From an uncultured virus (IMG/VR IMGVR_UViG_3300031783_000001) (taxonomy: Duplodnaviria > Heunggongvirae > Uroviricota > Caudoviricetes): DNA of 64,000 nucleotides. This document shows, one piece after another, positions 28,734 to 39,042 of this stretch. The notes below the pieces were generated by a model, which did no database searches, was not told where the DNA came from, and worked only from the letters and a program-made list of their open reading frames with translations. The stretch is taken from the IMG/VR virus record IMGVR_UViG_3300031783_000001, one strand, 5' to 3'. The first letter of the stretch is position 1. The number at the start of each line of letters is the position of its first letter. The position numbers were made by a program, and so were the translations under genes.

Positions 28734-28797
28734 CTAGTATAACTAAAAGCGCATTTCGATTTGTACTACCTTACAAACACATAAACTTTATAATACC

Positions 28798-29475
28798 ATG
28801 AGCACCCATTCTGTTAACAAAAAACTGCTTTTATTAAGAAAGACAATAGAAAGCAACTTATACGAAAAAATAAAGGATGACAGGGAGATCGCAGAGGTGG
28901 CCGATGAAATATTATTCGCATCTTCAACCTTTATTGAAAAGGCCAGAAATGAAAAAGAGCTTATTGCAATCTACGAAATGATTACAACGATGCTGGAAAT
29001 AGTTAGCGAGTATTGTGAACGTCTAGGCAATGCAGAATTAGGATACACACAAAGATATATAGCCAATGAGTTATATGAATGTATAAAACCATACTTACCA
29101 CACAACATAAGCAACGATGAGCTGGTAAAACTTTTGTGGCCTCATAACTGTCGGAATGTAACTTCACTGAAGGATGTGTTTCGTGAGTATATTCTTATAC
29201 ATGCATTGATTTTAGGGCCTGGGGATAACTTTGCGGATGAATTTATATCAATGTACGAATCAGAAATAAGCAAAGCCAATAAAATTAGAGACTTAATGCA
29301 AACTTATGAGGTAATTAAAAAAGAAGCAAAGGCAGTAGGACTTGAATATTACAATAGTGGTAATCGTGCCGAGGCGTGGAAGTATGGGGTTCTGAGCAAG
29401 ATTATAGGATTTTTACTGTCGGATTTTGAACATTGCTTATCTATGCCGAAAAGAACATTGAAGAGACGAGGCTAG
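28798..29475 (+). CDS. All-alpha hypothetical protein, tandem paralogue 3 of 3
   Basis: 225 aa; LWP, ILGPG, EAWKY; stop codon supplied by the left end of the adjacent IS. Confidence 0.85.
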   Translation: MSTHSVNKKLLLLRKTIESNLYEKIKDDREIAEVADEILFASSTFIEKARNEKELIAIYEMITTMLEIVSEYCERLGNAELGYTQRYIANELYECIKPYLPHNISNDELVKLLWPHNCRNVTSLKDVFREYILIHALILGPGDNFADEFISMYESEISKANKIRDLMQTYEVIKKEAKAVGLEYYNSGNRAEAWKYGVLSKIIGFLLSDFEHCLSMPKRTLKRRG

Positions 29476-31262
29476 CAACAGTTGCTAACTTCTGTACAAA
29501 TTTGTATATTTATAACATAGCATCTTTATGAAGTTTCGAGGTGTAGAAGAGTGTAAAGGATTTTCGATAGTTTTAAGATGGAGATAGTTGTAGTCAATAA
29601 GTGTAGGCCGAATCTATGAACAAAGAGGTTCTAAAAATGCTGACAGAAAAGAAAAGTAACAGCAACTTCGTAACAGTAGAGTGTTTATTGGCATTTGACA
29701 AAGACGACGATAAAAAGCGGGTATTAAACACAATGCGTAAGTTTTCTTCAATGGTCAGGTTTGCCTACAAAAGACTATTGCATGGAGCGGAAAGAAAAGA
29801 GCTGAAAAAACTGTTAGCCCAGAAGTATGGAATAAACACCAGGTATTCGGATGATGCCATACTTCTGGCGCAGCAAACTCTGGAATCTTGCATAGAAAGA
29901 GAGCAAAATCCAAAAAAGATTGTTTTTGGCACAAGAGCACTGTTTGAACAGCTAAAGAAAAAACACTTAACAGGTAAGAGTAGAGAGACACTAAGACAAA
30001 AATGGGAGGAAAGAAGGTATGGCGTTTTGTATTCAAGAGGGGGAAATCACTACATGGCAATCTAAACCTTAGGCTTGTGAATCTGGACGGTCAATGCCAT
30101 CTGAGAATTAATATAGGGAACGGCGAGTATGTATGGGCAAGGGTGATACGGTCAGCAAAAAGAAAAACAGACACGTGGATAGGCTTTGTTAGTAGCTTAG
30201 AGCAAACTGAGAAGACAAGCGATTGGTTCCCCTATACGGTACGACTCAAGCTAAGAAACGGGAAAATCTACGCACAGTTCAGTAAGGAAGAGAAGCTGCC
30301 AGAAGTAAGTATTACAAAGGATAACGGCGTCATGGGGATTGACATCAACGCGTACCCTTTTCACCTAGCACTAGTTCATACGGCAAAGGATGGTAACTTG
30401 GATAAGTATGAGCGAATCAGCTTGGACAAGCTATTAGAGGGCAGTTCAGAAAAAAGAGAATACTTAAGCTGGCAAGTTGCTCATCAGGTAGTAGAGATCG
30501 CGAAAAGAGAAAGAAAAGCGATTGTTGTGGAGAATTTGGAGAAGCTCCCAAAAGGTAGGAGAGGTGATGGGCTGCCTAAACTAAGACAGAGATTACAAAA
30601 GTGGATATACAAAGCGTTACTGCAGAAGATTGAGATTGTAGCGAAGCGGAATGGCATTCAGGTCATCAAAGTCAATCCAGCTTACACGTCAATCATTGGC
30701 AAGCTGAAGTATGCGCCGCTTTACAACATAGACAAGGACACAGCTGGTGCTTACGTGATAGCCCGGAGAGGTCTTGGATTCAAAGAACGCCTGCCTAAGA
30801 ACTATAAAGAACTTCTGAAAGATACAGAGTTTATATCTTATACAATAGCGAAGATTGAAGACAAGATCGCTAATCTCAAACAAGAAATACGAGAAGAGAA
30901 AAACGAGTACAAACGAAACAGACTAAAAAGTGCTCTTTGGAAAACACGAAAAGAATTAGACTTGTTACTCAGATACTTACGGGAAAGCGGGGAGAGCGAG
31001 TCAGCTGCCCAACAAACCGTCAACCGCCAGATGGAACGGGTGAGGGGTTCCACTCAGGTGGAACAAAAAAGCTGGCAAGTTCTCTCCGTAGCCCTTGCTT
31101 TCTCCTGCCTCGAGAGTCTCAGAGACCTCTCTCCCTTGAAGAGGGTAATCCTCACAAGGGATTGGGTAGGAGCGGCGAAACGAAACGGGATAGTCCCTCC
31201 TTACCTGGTCAGGGGACGAGTGTACTAAATATGTACAGTTTTGTATAGTTTGTGTGACCAGG
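29472..31262 (+). mobile_element. IS607-like element carrying a long TnpB, with tnpA deleted
   Basis: GAGG|CTAGCAACAGTTGCTAA left end, TGTAYA-type short direct repeats at both ends, GG core at ...GACCAGG. A short RIFDSFKMEIVVVN remnant near 29556-29597 may derive from a serine-recombinase tnpA. Confidence 0.8.
29616..31228 (+). CDS. tnpB: TnpB-related RNA-guided nuclease (no zinc finger, long C-terminal extension), split by a -1 frameshift at ~30044
   Basis: ORF 29616-30065 (RFAYKRL, YGINTRY, VFG, LYSRG) joins ORF 30002-31228 (GNLNLR, RuvC GIDIN, VVENL, VNPAYTSIIG, DKDTAGAYVIARRGLG). Confidence 0.85.
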
Positions 31263-32224
31263 CTACTTCAGAAACCGTAAGCAATTCAAACTGCCAAAGT
31301 TCAAAAATAAAAAAGATAAGCAGTCCTACACTACAAACAATGTACAAAACTCAATAAGAGTAGATTTTGAGAAAAGTTTGTTGTATCTGCCAAAAATAAG
31401 AGAAGGGATAGAGATTGAACTGCACAAAAGATTTGATGGTAAGATCAAGTCTGTTATTGTAAGTAGAACAAACGACGGTAAGTATTACGCTCCCATTTTT
31501 GTAGAGACTGAAAATCCTAGAAACAAAGTTGTAGAGCCTAAAAGCAGATCTTGTGGAATAGATTTAGGATTGGAACACTTTGTTACTGTTACTAATGACT
31601 TTGGAAGTTACAAAGTTGAACACCCGAAGTATCTTCATCGGGGTGAAGAAAGATTACGGAGACTGCAGAGGCGTTTTCACGGAAACAAAAGGTTCAAAAA
31701 ATAGCGAAAAGGCGAGACTGAGACTTGCCAAGCAGCACGCGTACATCAGTAACGCCTGTAATGACTTTCTGCATAAGTTGTCCAAAACCATCATTGGCGA
31801 AAACCAAGTCGTGGTGGTAGAGGACATTGGCGTGAAAGGCCTGTTGAAGACAAGACTTGCCAAATCGATTGGTGACAGCGGGTGGTCAAAGTTTCTGACC
31901 TACCTCAAGTACAAAGCAGACTGGTACGGAAGAACCTTCATTCAGGTAGACCGCTTCTTCCCATCCTCAAAACTTTGCCATCGCTGCGGGTACAAAAATG
32001 AAGACTTGGCTCTACATGACAGGACGTGGTGCTGCCCTAATTGTGGTGAGACTCATGACAGAGACATCAACGCGTCTACCAATCTTTACTTCGTAGGGCT
32101 AGGACAGCCCGAAGTTACGCCTGTGGAGCAGGCTCTGGTGGATGGCCGTAGTCCCAACGGACTACCTAAAAAGCTATCCTGCGACGAAACAGGAAGCTCA
32201 ACCTTTTACAGTTGAACAGTCCGC
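31263..32224 (+). pseudogene. tnpB: 5'-truncated, frameshifted IS605 tnpB with an intact right end
   Basis: Begins YFRNRKQFKLPKF directly after the IS607-like right end; frameshift near 31678; ends gttgaacagtccgc at 32224. Confidence 0.92.
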
Positions 32225-33096
32225 ATTATTATTTTCTGCTGCGATAATATCGGAATTTGCCAAATAATACTATCATCATTTTCTGTACTTATCACGTTAT
32301 CTATTCGATCTCTGTAATTATCAAATATTATTTTTTTGACATAAATAACATGCTGGGCAAATATTTCTTGATCACTAAATATCATTGTTATGTTATCTAT
32401 GTTTTCAAGTAAATCATTATTTATAATTCTAGAAACTTCGGGCACTCTATTACTGGTGGATACGATAGCGATGCTCTTTATGTCCTTAAAATCAATTATT
32501 TTTTTAGTTATCTCGCTTATTATGATTGCGTCTCCTGTGCTGACAGACGAAAAATCGTACTCTGGTGGATGTATGAAAATTGCGCCTCGTCTGTTAATAC
32601 TAATGTTGCTACTAACTTGTGCGAAATAGTACGATAACATGTCCTTAGGGCTCGTATAGTGCCAGTTCAGTTTATTATTTAAAGACTCAACAGCTGTTAT
32701 AAGGAAAATGTGATTGTTAATAACTACAAAATCATGAGTAGAAACATAAATGTTTATACCTTCCTCACTTTTAGAGTTTTCTATTACTCTATTATAAATC
32801 ATATTATCATAGGTAATCATTATACATTTGGCTTTACTCAAATCGAAAGAATTAAGTATATTGTTTATGTAACTAAATACTTCTATTATTATGTTTTCCT
32901 CGTTTTCTTTTATAAAATCAGCCATATTTACATCTTGCCATCCGTCTCCATTGGTGATATTTTCATAAATATTAGCAAAGTTTACGTCTAACCATATGTA
33001 ATCTATATTTAGTTTTGTATCTTGTGGAAGACTTATGGTGTAGTATCTTCTGTTTATTTTATAGTAGTTTATTTGAAGTAGTCGATTGGGTAGCAT
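32206..33096 (-). CDS. Hypothetical protein; C-terminus supplied by an IS right end
   Basis: 296 aa, class-1 promoter upstream, ends RTVQL* inside the hairpin. Confidence 0.75.
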   Translation of the reverse strand: MLPNRLLQINYYKINRRYYTISLPQDTKLNIDYIWLDVNFANIYENITNGDGWQDVNMADFIKENEENIIIEVFSYINNILNSFDLSKAKCIMITYDNMIYNRVIENSKSEEGINIYVSTHDFVVINNHIFLITAVESLNNKLNWHYTSPKDMLSYYFAQVSSNISINRRGAIFIHPPEYDFSSVSTGDAIIISEITKKIIDFKDIKSIAIVSTSNRVPEVSRIINNDLLENIDNITMIFSDQEIFAQHVIYVKKIIFDNYRDRIDNVISTENDDSIIWQIPILSQQKIIMRTVQL

Positions 33097-33132
33097 ACAA
33101 TGGCAAATATACTAATAGTTTGTTATTTTATC

Positions 33133-33735
33133 TTATTCTTCATGTTCATTATTTGCAGCTGTACGGTAATGTTTCACTGTAATTTCTTTCATTCTCTGCT
33201 TAGGGTCTGGTTTTAGAAGCAAATATCCAGAAACGGGGCAATCGCAATAGGTTGTTTCGTTAGTAGTAACTAATACAATTGGGCTACTACCTAATACGCG
33301 ATCATATATGCTATCGGTAACTATTATATCAATACTTGACACTTCGTTCTGAATGCTATCTGGAACTACAATTGTAGTATAAATTTTAGATGACCATGTA
33401 TATGTGGTATCCTTAGGATTTCTTAAGCAATCTTCCATTATATTCTTGTATCCGCAATTGTAAAAACTAAGTTGTTTTTGAATTGCTCTATACAGCCTAT
33501 TTGATGTTCTAGCCAAAGTGTCATCACATTTAAGGCATATACTATATGTGTATGGTTTTTCTATGTGTTGGAAATTAATGTTAGTGCTATCGTCTATGTA
33601 GAGCGTGATGAATTTATTAGTTACCCCCAGTACATCTATGTAACTATGCTGCTTACGACAAGTCAGAATGTAAGCTCCATGAGGCTCTCTTTGACAAGCA
33701 GTAAATAGTAGTAAAATTATGCTTAAATATCTCAT
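33133..33735 (-). CDS. Predicted lipoprotein
   Basis: MRYLSIILLLFTA|CQ signal peptide with a lipobox cysteine. Confidence 0.7.
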   Translation of the reverse strand: MRYLSIILLLFTACQREPHGAYILTCRKQHSYIDVLGVTNKFITLYIDDSTNINFQHIEKPYTYSICLKCDDTLARTSNRLYRAIQKQLSFYNCGYKNIMEDCLRNPKDTTYTWSSKIYTTIVVPDSIQNEVSSIDIIVTDSIYDRVLGSSPIVLVTTNETTYCDCPVSGYLLLKPDPKQRMKEITVKHYRTAANNEHEE

Positions 33736-33757
33736 AGTTTTGAATCTTATGGTTCAG

Positions 33758-33831
33758 TGGTCTCGGCAGGACTCGAACCTGCAACCGCGGGATTAGAAAT
33801 CCCGTGCTCTATCCAATTGAGCTACGAGACC
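33758..33831 (-). tRNA. tRNA-Arg (UCU); CCA not encoded
   Basis: GGTCTCGTAGCTCAATTGGATAGAGCACGGGA-TTTCTAA-TCCCGCGGTTGCAGGTTCGAGTCCTGCCGAGACCA. Confidence 0.95.
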
Positions 33832-33834
33832 AGC

Positions 33835-33965
33835 GCGGACTGCTCAACTTTCTTCAGTTGAGCTTCCTGCTTCGTCGCAGGATGGCTTTTAGGGTAGCCC
33901 GTAGGGGCTACGGTCATCCACCAGAGCCTGCTCCACAGGCTTCACTTCGGGTCGTCCTAACCCTA
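33835..33965 (-). ncRNA. Stand-alone IS605 omegaRNA/right-end copy, 3 nt upstream of tRNA-Arg
   Basis: About 130 nt matching tnpB 3' end 7125-7255 (tagggttaggacgacccgaagt...gttgagcagtccgc) without the nuclease-coding part. Confidence 0.8.
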
Positions 33966-34050
33966 GAGGCTTGGTTTTCGCCTACAAAAATGCTGTCGAA
34001 ATAGACAAATTAGCAACTGTTACTAAACTCTTATCTAAGTCAGAGGACAA

Positions 34051-34302
34051 CTAAGAATTTGTATTGAGTTTTGTTATAAAGAAATACATATCACGGTATA
34101 GAAACTTATATACTCCATCAGTATTATTAATATCATCGAATATTTTTTGTAATAAGTCTTCATCAGGTTTTTTAGAAAATGTTATATATAGGTAATCGCG
34201 CATAAATTTTTTGGCTTCCTCTTGGGTTTTAAAGGTGTTCTCTCCTAGTTTCCTTCCAGTTAATGTGTATCGTGCTATATGGTACCTATTCGTGCTATTC
34301 AT
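34051..34302 (-). CDS. Hypothetical protein
   Basis: 83-aa ORF between two IS ends. Confidence 0.6.
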   Translation of the reverse strand: MNSTNRYHIARYTLTGRKLGENTFKTQEEAKKFMRDYLYITFSKKPDEDLLQKIFDDINNTDGVYKFLYRDMYFFITKLNTNS

Positions 34303-34338
34303 AGTGCGCAGAAATGGTACACCTTATTTTGTCGAAAT

Positions 34339-35674
34339 GCGGACTGCTCAACCTTTTGCAGTTGAGCTTCCTGCTTCGTCGCAGGATGGCTTTTTAGGTA
34401 GTCCGTTGGGACTACGGTCATCCACCAGAGCCTGCTCCACAGGCGTAACTTCGGGCCGTCCTAGCCCTACGAAGTAAAGGTTTTTAGACGCATTGACGTC
34501 TCTGTTATGTGTTTCACCGCATGCTGGGCAGCACCACATCCTGTCATTTAGTGCCAAGTCTTCGTTTTTGTACCGGCAGCGATGGCAAAGCTTTGAGGAT
34601 GGGAAGAAACGGCCTACCTGAATGAAAGTCCTTCCGTACCAGTCTGCTTTGTACTTGAGGTAGGTCAGAAACTTTGACCAACCGCTGTCAGAAATAGACT
34701 TGGAGAGTCTTGTTTTCAGCAGGCCTTTCACATTGATGTCCTCCACCACCACGACTTGGTTTTCGCCAATGATGGTTTTGGACAACTTATGCAAAAAGTC
34801 ATTACGAGCGTTACTGATGTACGCGTGCTGCTTGGCAAGTCTCAGTCTCGCCTTTTCGCTATTCTTTGAACCTTTCTGTTTCTTTGAGAAAGACCTCTGT
34901 AGTTTTTTCAACCTTTCTTCGGCTTTCAGAAGGTACTTCGGATGCTCAACTTTGTAACTTCCAAAGTCATTGGTAACAGTAGCAAAGTGTCCCAGCCCTA
35001 AATCTACCCCGCAAGCTTTGCTTTTAGGCTCTACAACTTTATTCCTAGGATTCTCTGTTTCTACTAAGATGGAAGCGTAGTACTTGCCATCATTTGTTCT
35101 GCTCACATTAACAGACTTGATCTTACCATCGAATGTTCTGTGCAATTCAATCTTTACTCCTTCTCTTAGTTTTGGCAGGTACAACAATCTTCTTTCAAAA
35201 TCCACTCTTATTGAGTCGTGTACGTTGTATGTAGTGTAAGACTGCTTGTCTTTTTTCTTTTTGAATTTCGGCAGTCTGAATTGCTTTCTATTTTTGAAGT
35301 GATTACAGAAAGCGTTTTCAATGTGATTTTGTACAGCAACAAGAGCAAAACAATCTACTTCTTTGAGGAATGGGAATTCTGTTTTGTATTTGGCAGGTGT
35401 GGGACGTGGGATGCGCTCTTTCTTCTCATGTGCATGCAGTTTCTCTTCCAGCATTTTGTTCCAGACAAACCGACAGCACCCAAATGTCTTAGCAAAGAAC
35501 ACCACCTGCGTATCAGTAGGGTAAATACGATACTTATATGCTTTTAGTGGCGGTTTGCGTTGCATGCTAGGCAAATATACTAAGTCTGTCAAAATAATTG
35601 TTTCTTAGTAACTACCTGAAAAGCCATCCTGCGACGAAGCAGGAAGCTCAACTTAAAAAGGTTGAGCAGTCCGC
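34339..35674 (-). mobile_element. IS200/IS605 tnpB-only element, second intact copy, bracketed by inverted right-end copies
   Basis: Right end at 34339; outward-facing inverted copy at 35612-35674. Confidence 0.85.
34348..35565 (-). CDS. tnpB: RNA-guided endonuclease TnpB (IS605 OrfB family), catalytic triad intact
   Basis: MQRKPPLKAYKYRIYPT; GVDLG, VVEDINV, CHRC..CPAC, HNRDVNA; start set at ATG 35565 by homology with 6029. Confidence 0.97.
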   Translation of the reverse strand: MQRKPPLKAYKYRIYPTDTQVVFFAKTFGCCRFVWNKMLEEKLHAHEKKERIPRPTPAKYKTEFPFLKEVDCFALVAVQNHIENAFCNHFKNRKQFRLPKFKKKKDKQSYTTYNVHDSIRVDFERRLLYLPKLREGVKIELHRTFDGKIKSVNVSRTNDGKYYASILVETENPRNKVVEPKSKACGVDLGLGHFATVTNDFGSYKVEHPKYLLKAEERLKKLQRSFSKKQKGSKNSEKARLRLAKQHAYISNARNDFLHKLSKTIIGENQVVVVEDINVKGLLKTRLSKSISDSGWSKFLTYLKYKADWYGRTFIQVGRFFPSSKLCHRCRYKNEDLALNDRMWCCPACGETHNRDVNASKNLYFVGLGRPEVTPVEQALVDDRSPNGLPKKPSCDEAGSSTAKG

Positions 35675-35696
35675 TATCCTACATAACTATCCCTAT

Positions 35697-36323
35697 TTAA
35701 GAATACCATTTTTTAGCTAACCTCAGTTCTACATATCTTCTGTGCATAGCTCCTCTATAAAGGCTATTGAAAATTATTTGTATAGGGTCTAGTTCAAGAA
35801 TATAGTTTTCTATAATTACACTTATATTGTTCACTAATATAACATGAGACAGGTATTCGTACAGATATTTTATAAAAGCTGAACTTACTACTCGAGAATA
35901 GACGAATATAATATGTAAGTGTATATTGTAAGATGCAGCAATCTGTGGTATATATATATGGTATCGACCTTTTATGTAGCCTTCTGAGGCTTGTGCCAAG
36001 CTCTCTGTGTCTTTATCTGGAATATAAAGCTTGTTTATTTGCCACTTCACATCTAGAAACTTTATGATTTGTTTATAGTATTTACCGTTATCTTCGTATT
36101 CGGATAATTCCTCTAGAACTGATATAGCATGTGGGGTGCCTTTATACTGCGTTATCAGCCAATGAGCAATCTTAACATTACTCTCGCTCAGCTTAAGACC
36201 GTATTCTAAAAATCGTATGATGGGGTCTTCAGGTAATACATAGTTGCTAAGTACGGTTCGTGTGACCTGATCTACAATGTTCTTGATGTCATTAAGAGCT
36301 AATAGTAAGCTGCCTTCCCTCAT
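35697..36323 (-). CDS. Probable baseplate protein (P2 gpI / T4 gp7-like)
   Basis: 208 aa with QYKGT..AI motif typical of these wedge proteins; weak evidence. Confidence 0.5.
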   Translation of the reverse strand: MREGSLLLALNDIKNIVDQVTRTVLSNYVLPEDPIIRFLEYGLKLSESNVKIAHWLITQYKGTPHAISVLEELSEYEDNGKYYKQIIKFLDVKWQINKLYIPDKDTESLAQASEGYIKGRYHIYIPQIAASYNIHLHIIFVYSRVVSSAFIKYLYEYLSHVILVNNISVIIENYILELDPIQIIFNSLYRGAMHRRYVELRLAKKWYS

Positions 36324-39040
36324 GGTCTTCTTTTAGGTTTTCTGTCGGCAATGGTAATCTCAGAGTACGAATTGTTGACTATCGCGTGTCTGATGAATTC
36401 TTTTAACTCATCTACTTTCATTAATTGAGATAGTTGATAAGCGTAAAACTCGCCACTATAATCTAGATTCGCATTCCTTATAACATGGTGTGCTATAGCA
36501 GAACTATATGAAGTACCTGGATATAGACCATAACATTCGACATAGTGTGGAAATAAGTGAGAATAATAGTAAAGTACATATTCTAAGGATTCCCAGTTTA
36601 TATTTTCAATATCACGCTTTGTGAAAATGTTTAAGTAATCTAATGCTTCTTGGAAACTGTCAAGATTAGTTTTTATAATAAACAGCAGGTATAACATGTT
36701 ATCTCGTATCATATCTGCTACTTCTAGTCCATATACAAGACTTTTTTCCGTTCTAAACGAGTTCCACATGGTGCCGAATGCGTGATCGGAAAGGTAGAAA
36801 TGGAGCAAAGTCGCTAATCCTATTTTTACAGGCGTAACTTTGCCAAGCGGGTAGGCCCTTGCAATGACCGCATGCTCCGGCTTTCTAACTATCAAGTCCA
36901 GAAAACCATTGCTTTCTCTGTAACCTAATTCTTTCACTCTAAAACCATTAAAAGTAACCTCTCCCTCTATCAACACGTTAGGAGGATTATATAAATGGGC
37001 TAACTTTCTTACCTCAGGATGTGCCAAGGCTAAATAAGTTTTGGCATTCATAACAAATAACTTTGTAAAAGTCTCAAAAGACTTTTGTGATATTCTTGGT
37101 ACGTTAGTGATGGCTAAACGGCGCCAATTATGAGCATATAAAAAAGGGACATGCGCTTCAAAAGCTGACATAGCATAATCCCTACTCAATAAATATAAAT
37201 ACGCTAAGTATCCCTTTACATGACTTTTATAAAACTGCTTATCGCTAGATTTAACTACTAAATTAGATAACAATTCATGAAAGTTACTTATTGTATCCTT
37301 GGCATCATCTATACTCATAGAACCTCTTATATTAAATCTAGCCTCGTCAATGTTAGCAAAACTGTAGAAGTTAGATAAGCTAGAACTTATAGTCTGAAAG
37401 GCATGATTTAAAACCTTTAAATAGGCAATATTAAGATTGTGCGCTTGTAAAGCTACGTATATGTCTCCTATTTTGTTATCTAGTTTTATGTTAACATTGC
37501 TAACCAAAACTCGTTCGAGGGGTAGAAAACTATTCCTATGCGTAAAGTAGTTCTTAGGCTCAACCTTCACAGCATCTCTGGTTTGCATTTTTTGCATAAA
37601 GTGTTTAGTATAATCCGAAATTTTGTGATAGCTTTTTGAGATGTCTATACTTTCAATTGGTAGGTTGATTTCTTCGTCTAAGATATTATTTCTCTTGTCA
37701 CCCCATGAGCTATATGCTGCATAATGCGCTTCTTGACTCATAAGTTTCAACCAAAAATCTAAAACCTCCTTAGCCTTTATGGAATTTACGGTATCCACAA
37801 ATTCGTCATAATGCTCAGGCAATATTCCATTCAAAAGCAAATCCACAATAAGTTCGTGCATGTCGTGAGGATTTAAATCAGCCTTCATTACAAAAATTTT
37901 GTAATAACTAATAGCTCTCTCTATGCGTGATAAAAACTCTTTGTGATAAGAATCATCATTTAGAATGCTTTTTATAAAACCTTCCATACCGTCAAAATAC
38001 TCTAAGAACCCTTTTTTGGCTATGCCATTATAGTTGAATAGTACACTAAAAGCTATATAACTTTTATCCACACTAAATATAGTTGATATGTTTATATTCT
38101 TTTTTTCGAATATAAAAGCGTAATCTATATTCCTAAGAATGGCCGTTATTACTCTATGTTTTATGCTTTCTATTCTCATTCTGACTGTAAATGTTATTTT
38201 AGGGATGTCTTTTTCAAAATAGAAATGATGTTTATTGTATTGATATGATGCTTCTGGATAGTTAGGATTTTCTGTTTTACCCTGTCTAAAATTACTAAAC
38301 ACTTCTTTGAGCACCTTCTGTTCTTCTGGATTGAGATTACCAGCTATAAGGATAGTTAGTCTATTAGCAGTATAATAATCTCGTTGTATTTGTATAATAT
38401 CTTGTGGTCTAGCGGCGATGATGTTTTTAGGGTATCCTATTATAGGCATGCTATGATAGTGTTCGCCATAGGTAGTTTTGAGTAGCATGTTGATAATAGG
38501 TGATTCTGTAATCATTTCTTGTAGTATTACGTTGCGCTCTCTTACGAAGTCTCTCAGTGTCCAAAAGGTGAACCTGTGATACTGCAATCTCCAAAAATCA
38601 TCTATGAACTCCCTAGGTACAAAGTGTGCATAAGTAGTGTACTCACAGAATGTATAAGCATTAGCTATAGCATCCCCTAAGTACTGCATAATGTAGTCAA
38701 ATTCTCGTGTGTTATAAAATTCCCGAGCTTTATTCTCTAAACCAATTGCTTCCAAATTACGACGCCTGACCACCTCTAAGTCCGTCTTGAGAGTTACCTT
38801 GTTGAGTATATCAAACGCCTTTTCTAATATAGTTTTCTCCTTTTCGTAATCCAAGCTGCCGATTTCGCTAGTGCCCTTAAACATGAGATGTTCTAAAAAG
38901 TGGGCATATCCTGCTTGCTCGGGCGTTAAAACATGATTACCAACATCAAATATAAAAAACACTATAAAATGCTCGTAAGATGTCGGGATATTAACTATTT
39001 TTATATTATTTTCTAACTGCCAAACTTTTGTCTTAGCCAT
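36320..39040 (-). CDS. M16 family (insulinase-like) zinc peptidase
   Basis: GYAHFLEHLMFKGT (HxxEH), NAYT, ERNVILQE, PIIG, YYTANR; second inactive M16 half RTEKSLVYG. Confidence 0.92.
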   Translation of the reverse strand: MAKTKVWQLENNIKIVNIPTSYEHFIVFFIFDVGNHVLTPEQAGYAHFLEHLMFKGTSEIGSLDYEKEKTILEKAFDILNKVTLKTDLEVVRRRNLEAIGLENKAREFYNTREFDYIMQYLGDAIANAYTFCEYTTYAHFVPREFIDDFWRLQYHRFTFWTLRDFVRERNVILQEMITESPIINMLLKTTYGEHYHSMPIIGYPKNIIAARPQDIIQIQRDYYTANRLTILIAGNLNPEEQKVLKEVFSNFRQGKTENPNYPEASYQYNKHHFYFEKDIPKITFTVRMRIESIKHRVITAILRNIDYAFIFEKKNINISTIFSVDKSYIAFSVLFNYNGIAKKGFLEYFDGMEGFIKSILNDDSYHKEFLSRIERAISYYKIFVMKADLNPHDMHELIVDLLLNGILPEHYDEFVDTVNSIKAKEVLDFWLKLMSQEAHYAAYSSWGDKRNNILDEEINLPIESIDISKSYHKISDYTKHFMQKMQTRDAVKVEPKNYFTHRNSFLPLERVLVSNVNIKLDNKIGDIYVALQAHNLNIAYLKVLNHAFQTISSSLSNFYSFANIDEARFNIRGSMSIDDAKDTISNFHELLSNLVVKSSDKQFYKSHVKGYLAYLYLLSRDYAMSAFEAHVPFLYAHNWRRLAITNVPRISQKSFETFTKLFVMNAKTYLALAHPEVRKLAHLYNPPNVLIEGEVTFNGFRVKELGYRESNGFLDLIVRKPEHAVIARAYPLGKVTPVKIGLATLLHFYLSDHAFGTMWNSFRTEKSLVYGLEVADMIRDNMLYLLFIIKTNLDSFQEALDYLNIFTKRDIENINWESLEYVLYYYSHLFPHYVECYGLYPGTSYSSAIAHHVIRNANLDYSGEFYAYQLSQLMKVDELKEFIRHAIVNNSYSEITIADRKPKRRP

Positions 39041-39042
39041 GA

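Noticed and set aside
33804..34477. Plus-strand ORFs 33804-34004 and 34211-34477
   Set aside because: Antisense shadows of the tRNA, omegaRNA and tnpB 3' end
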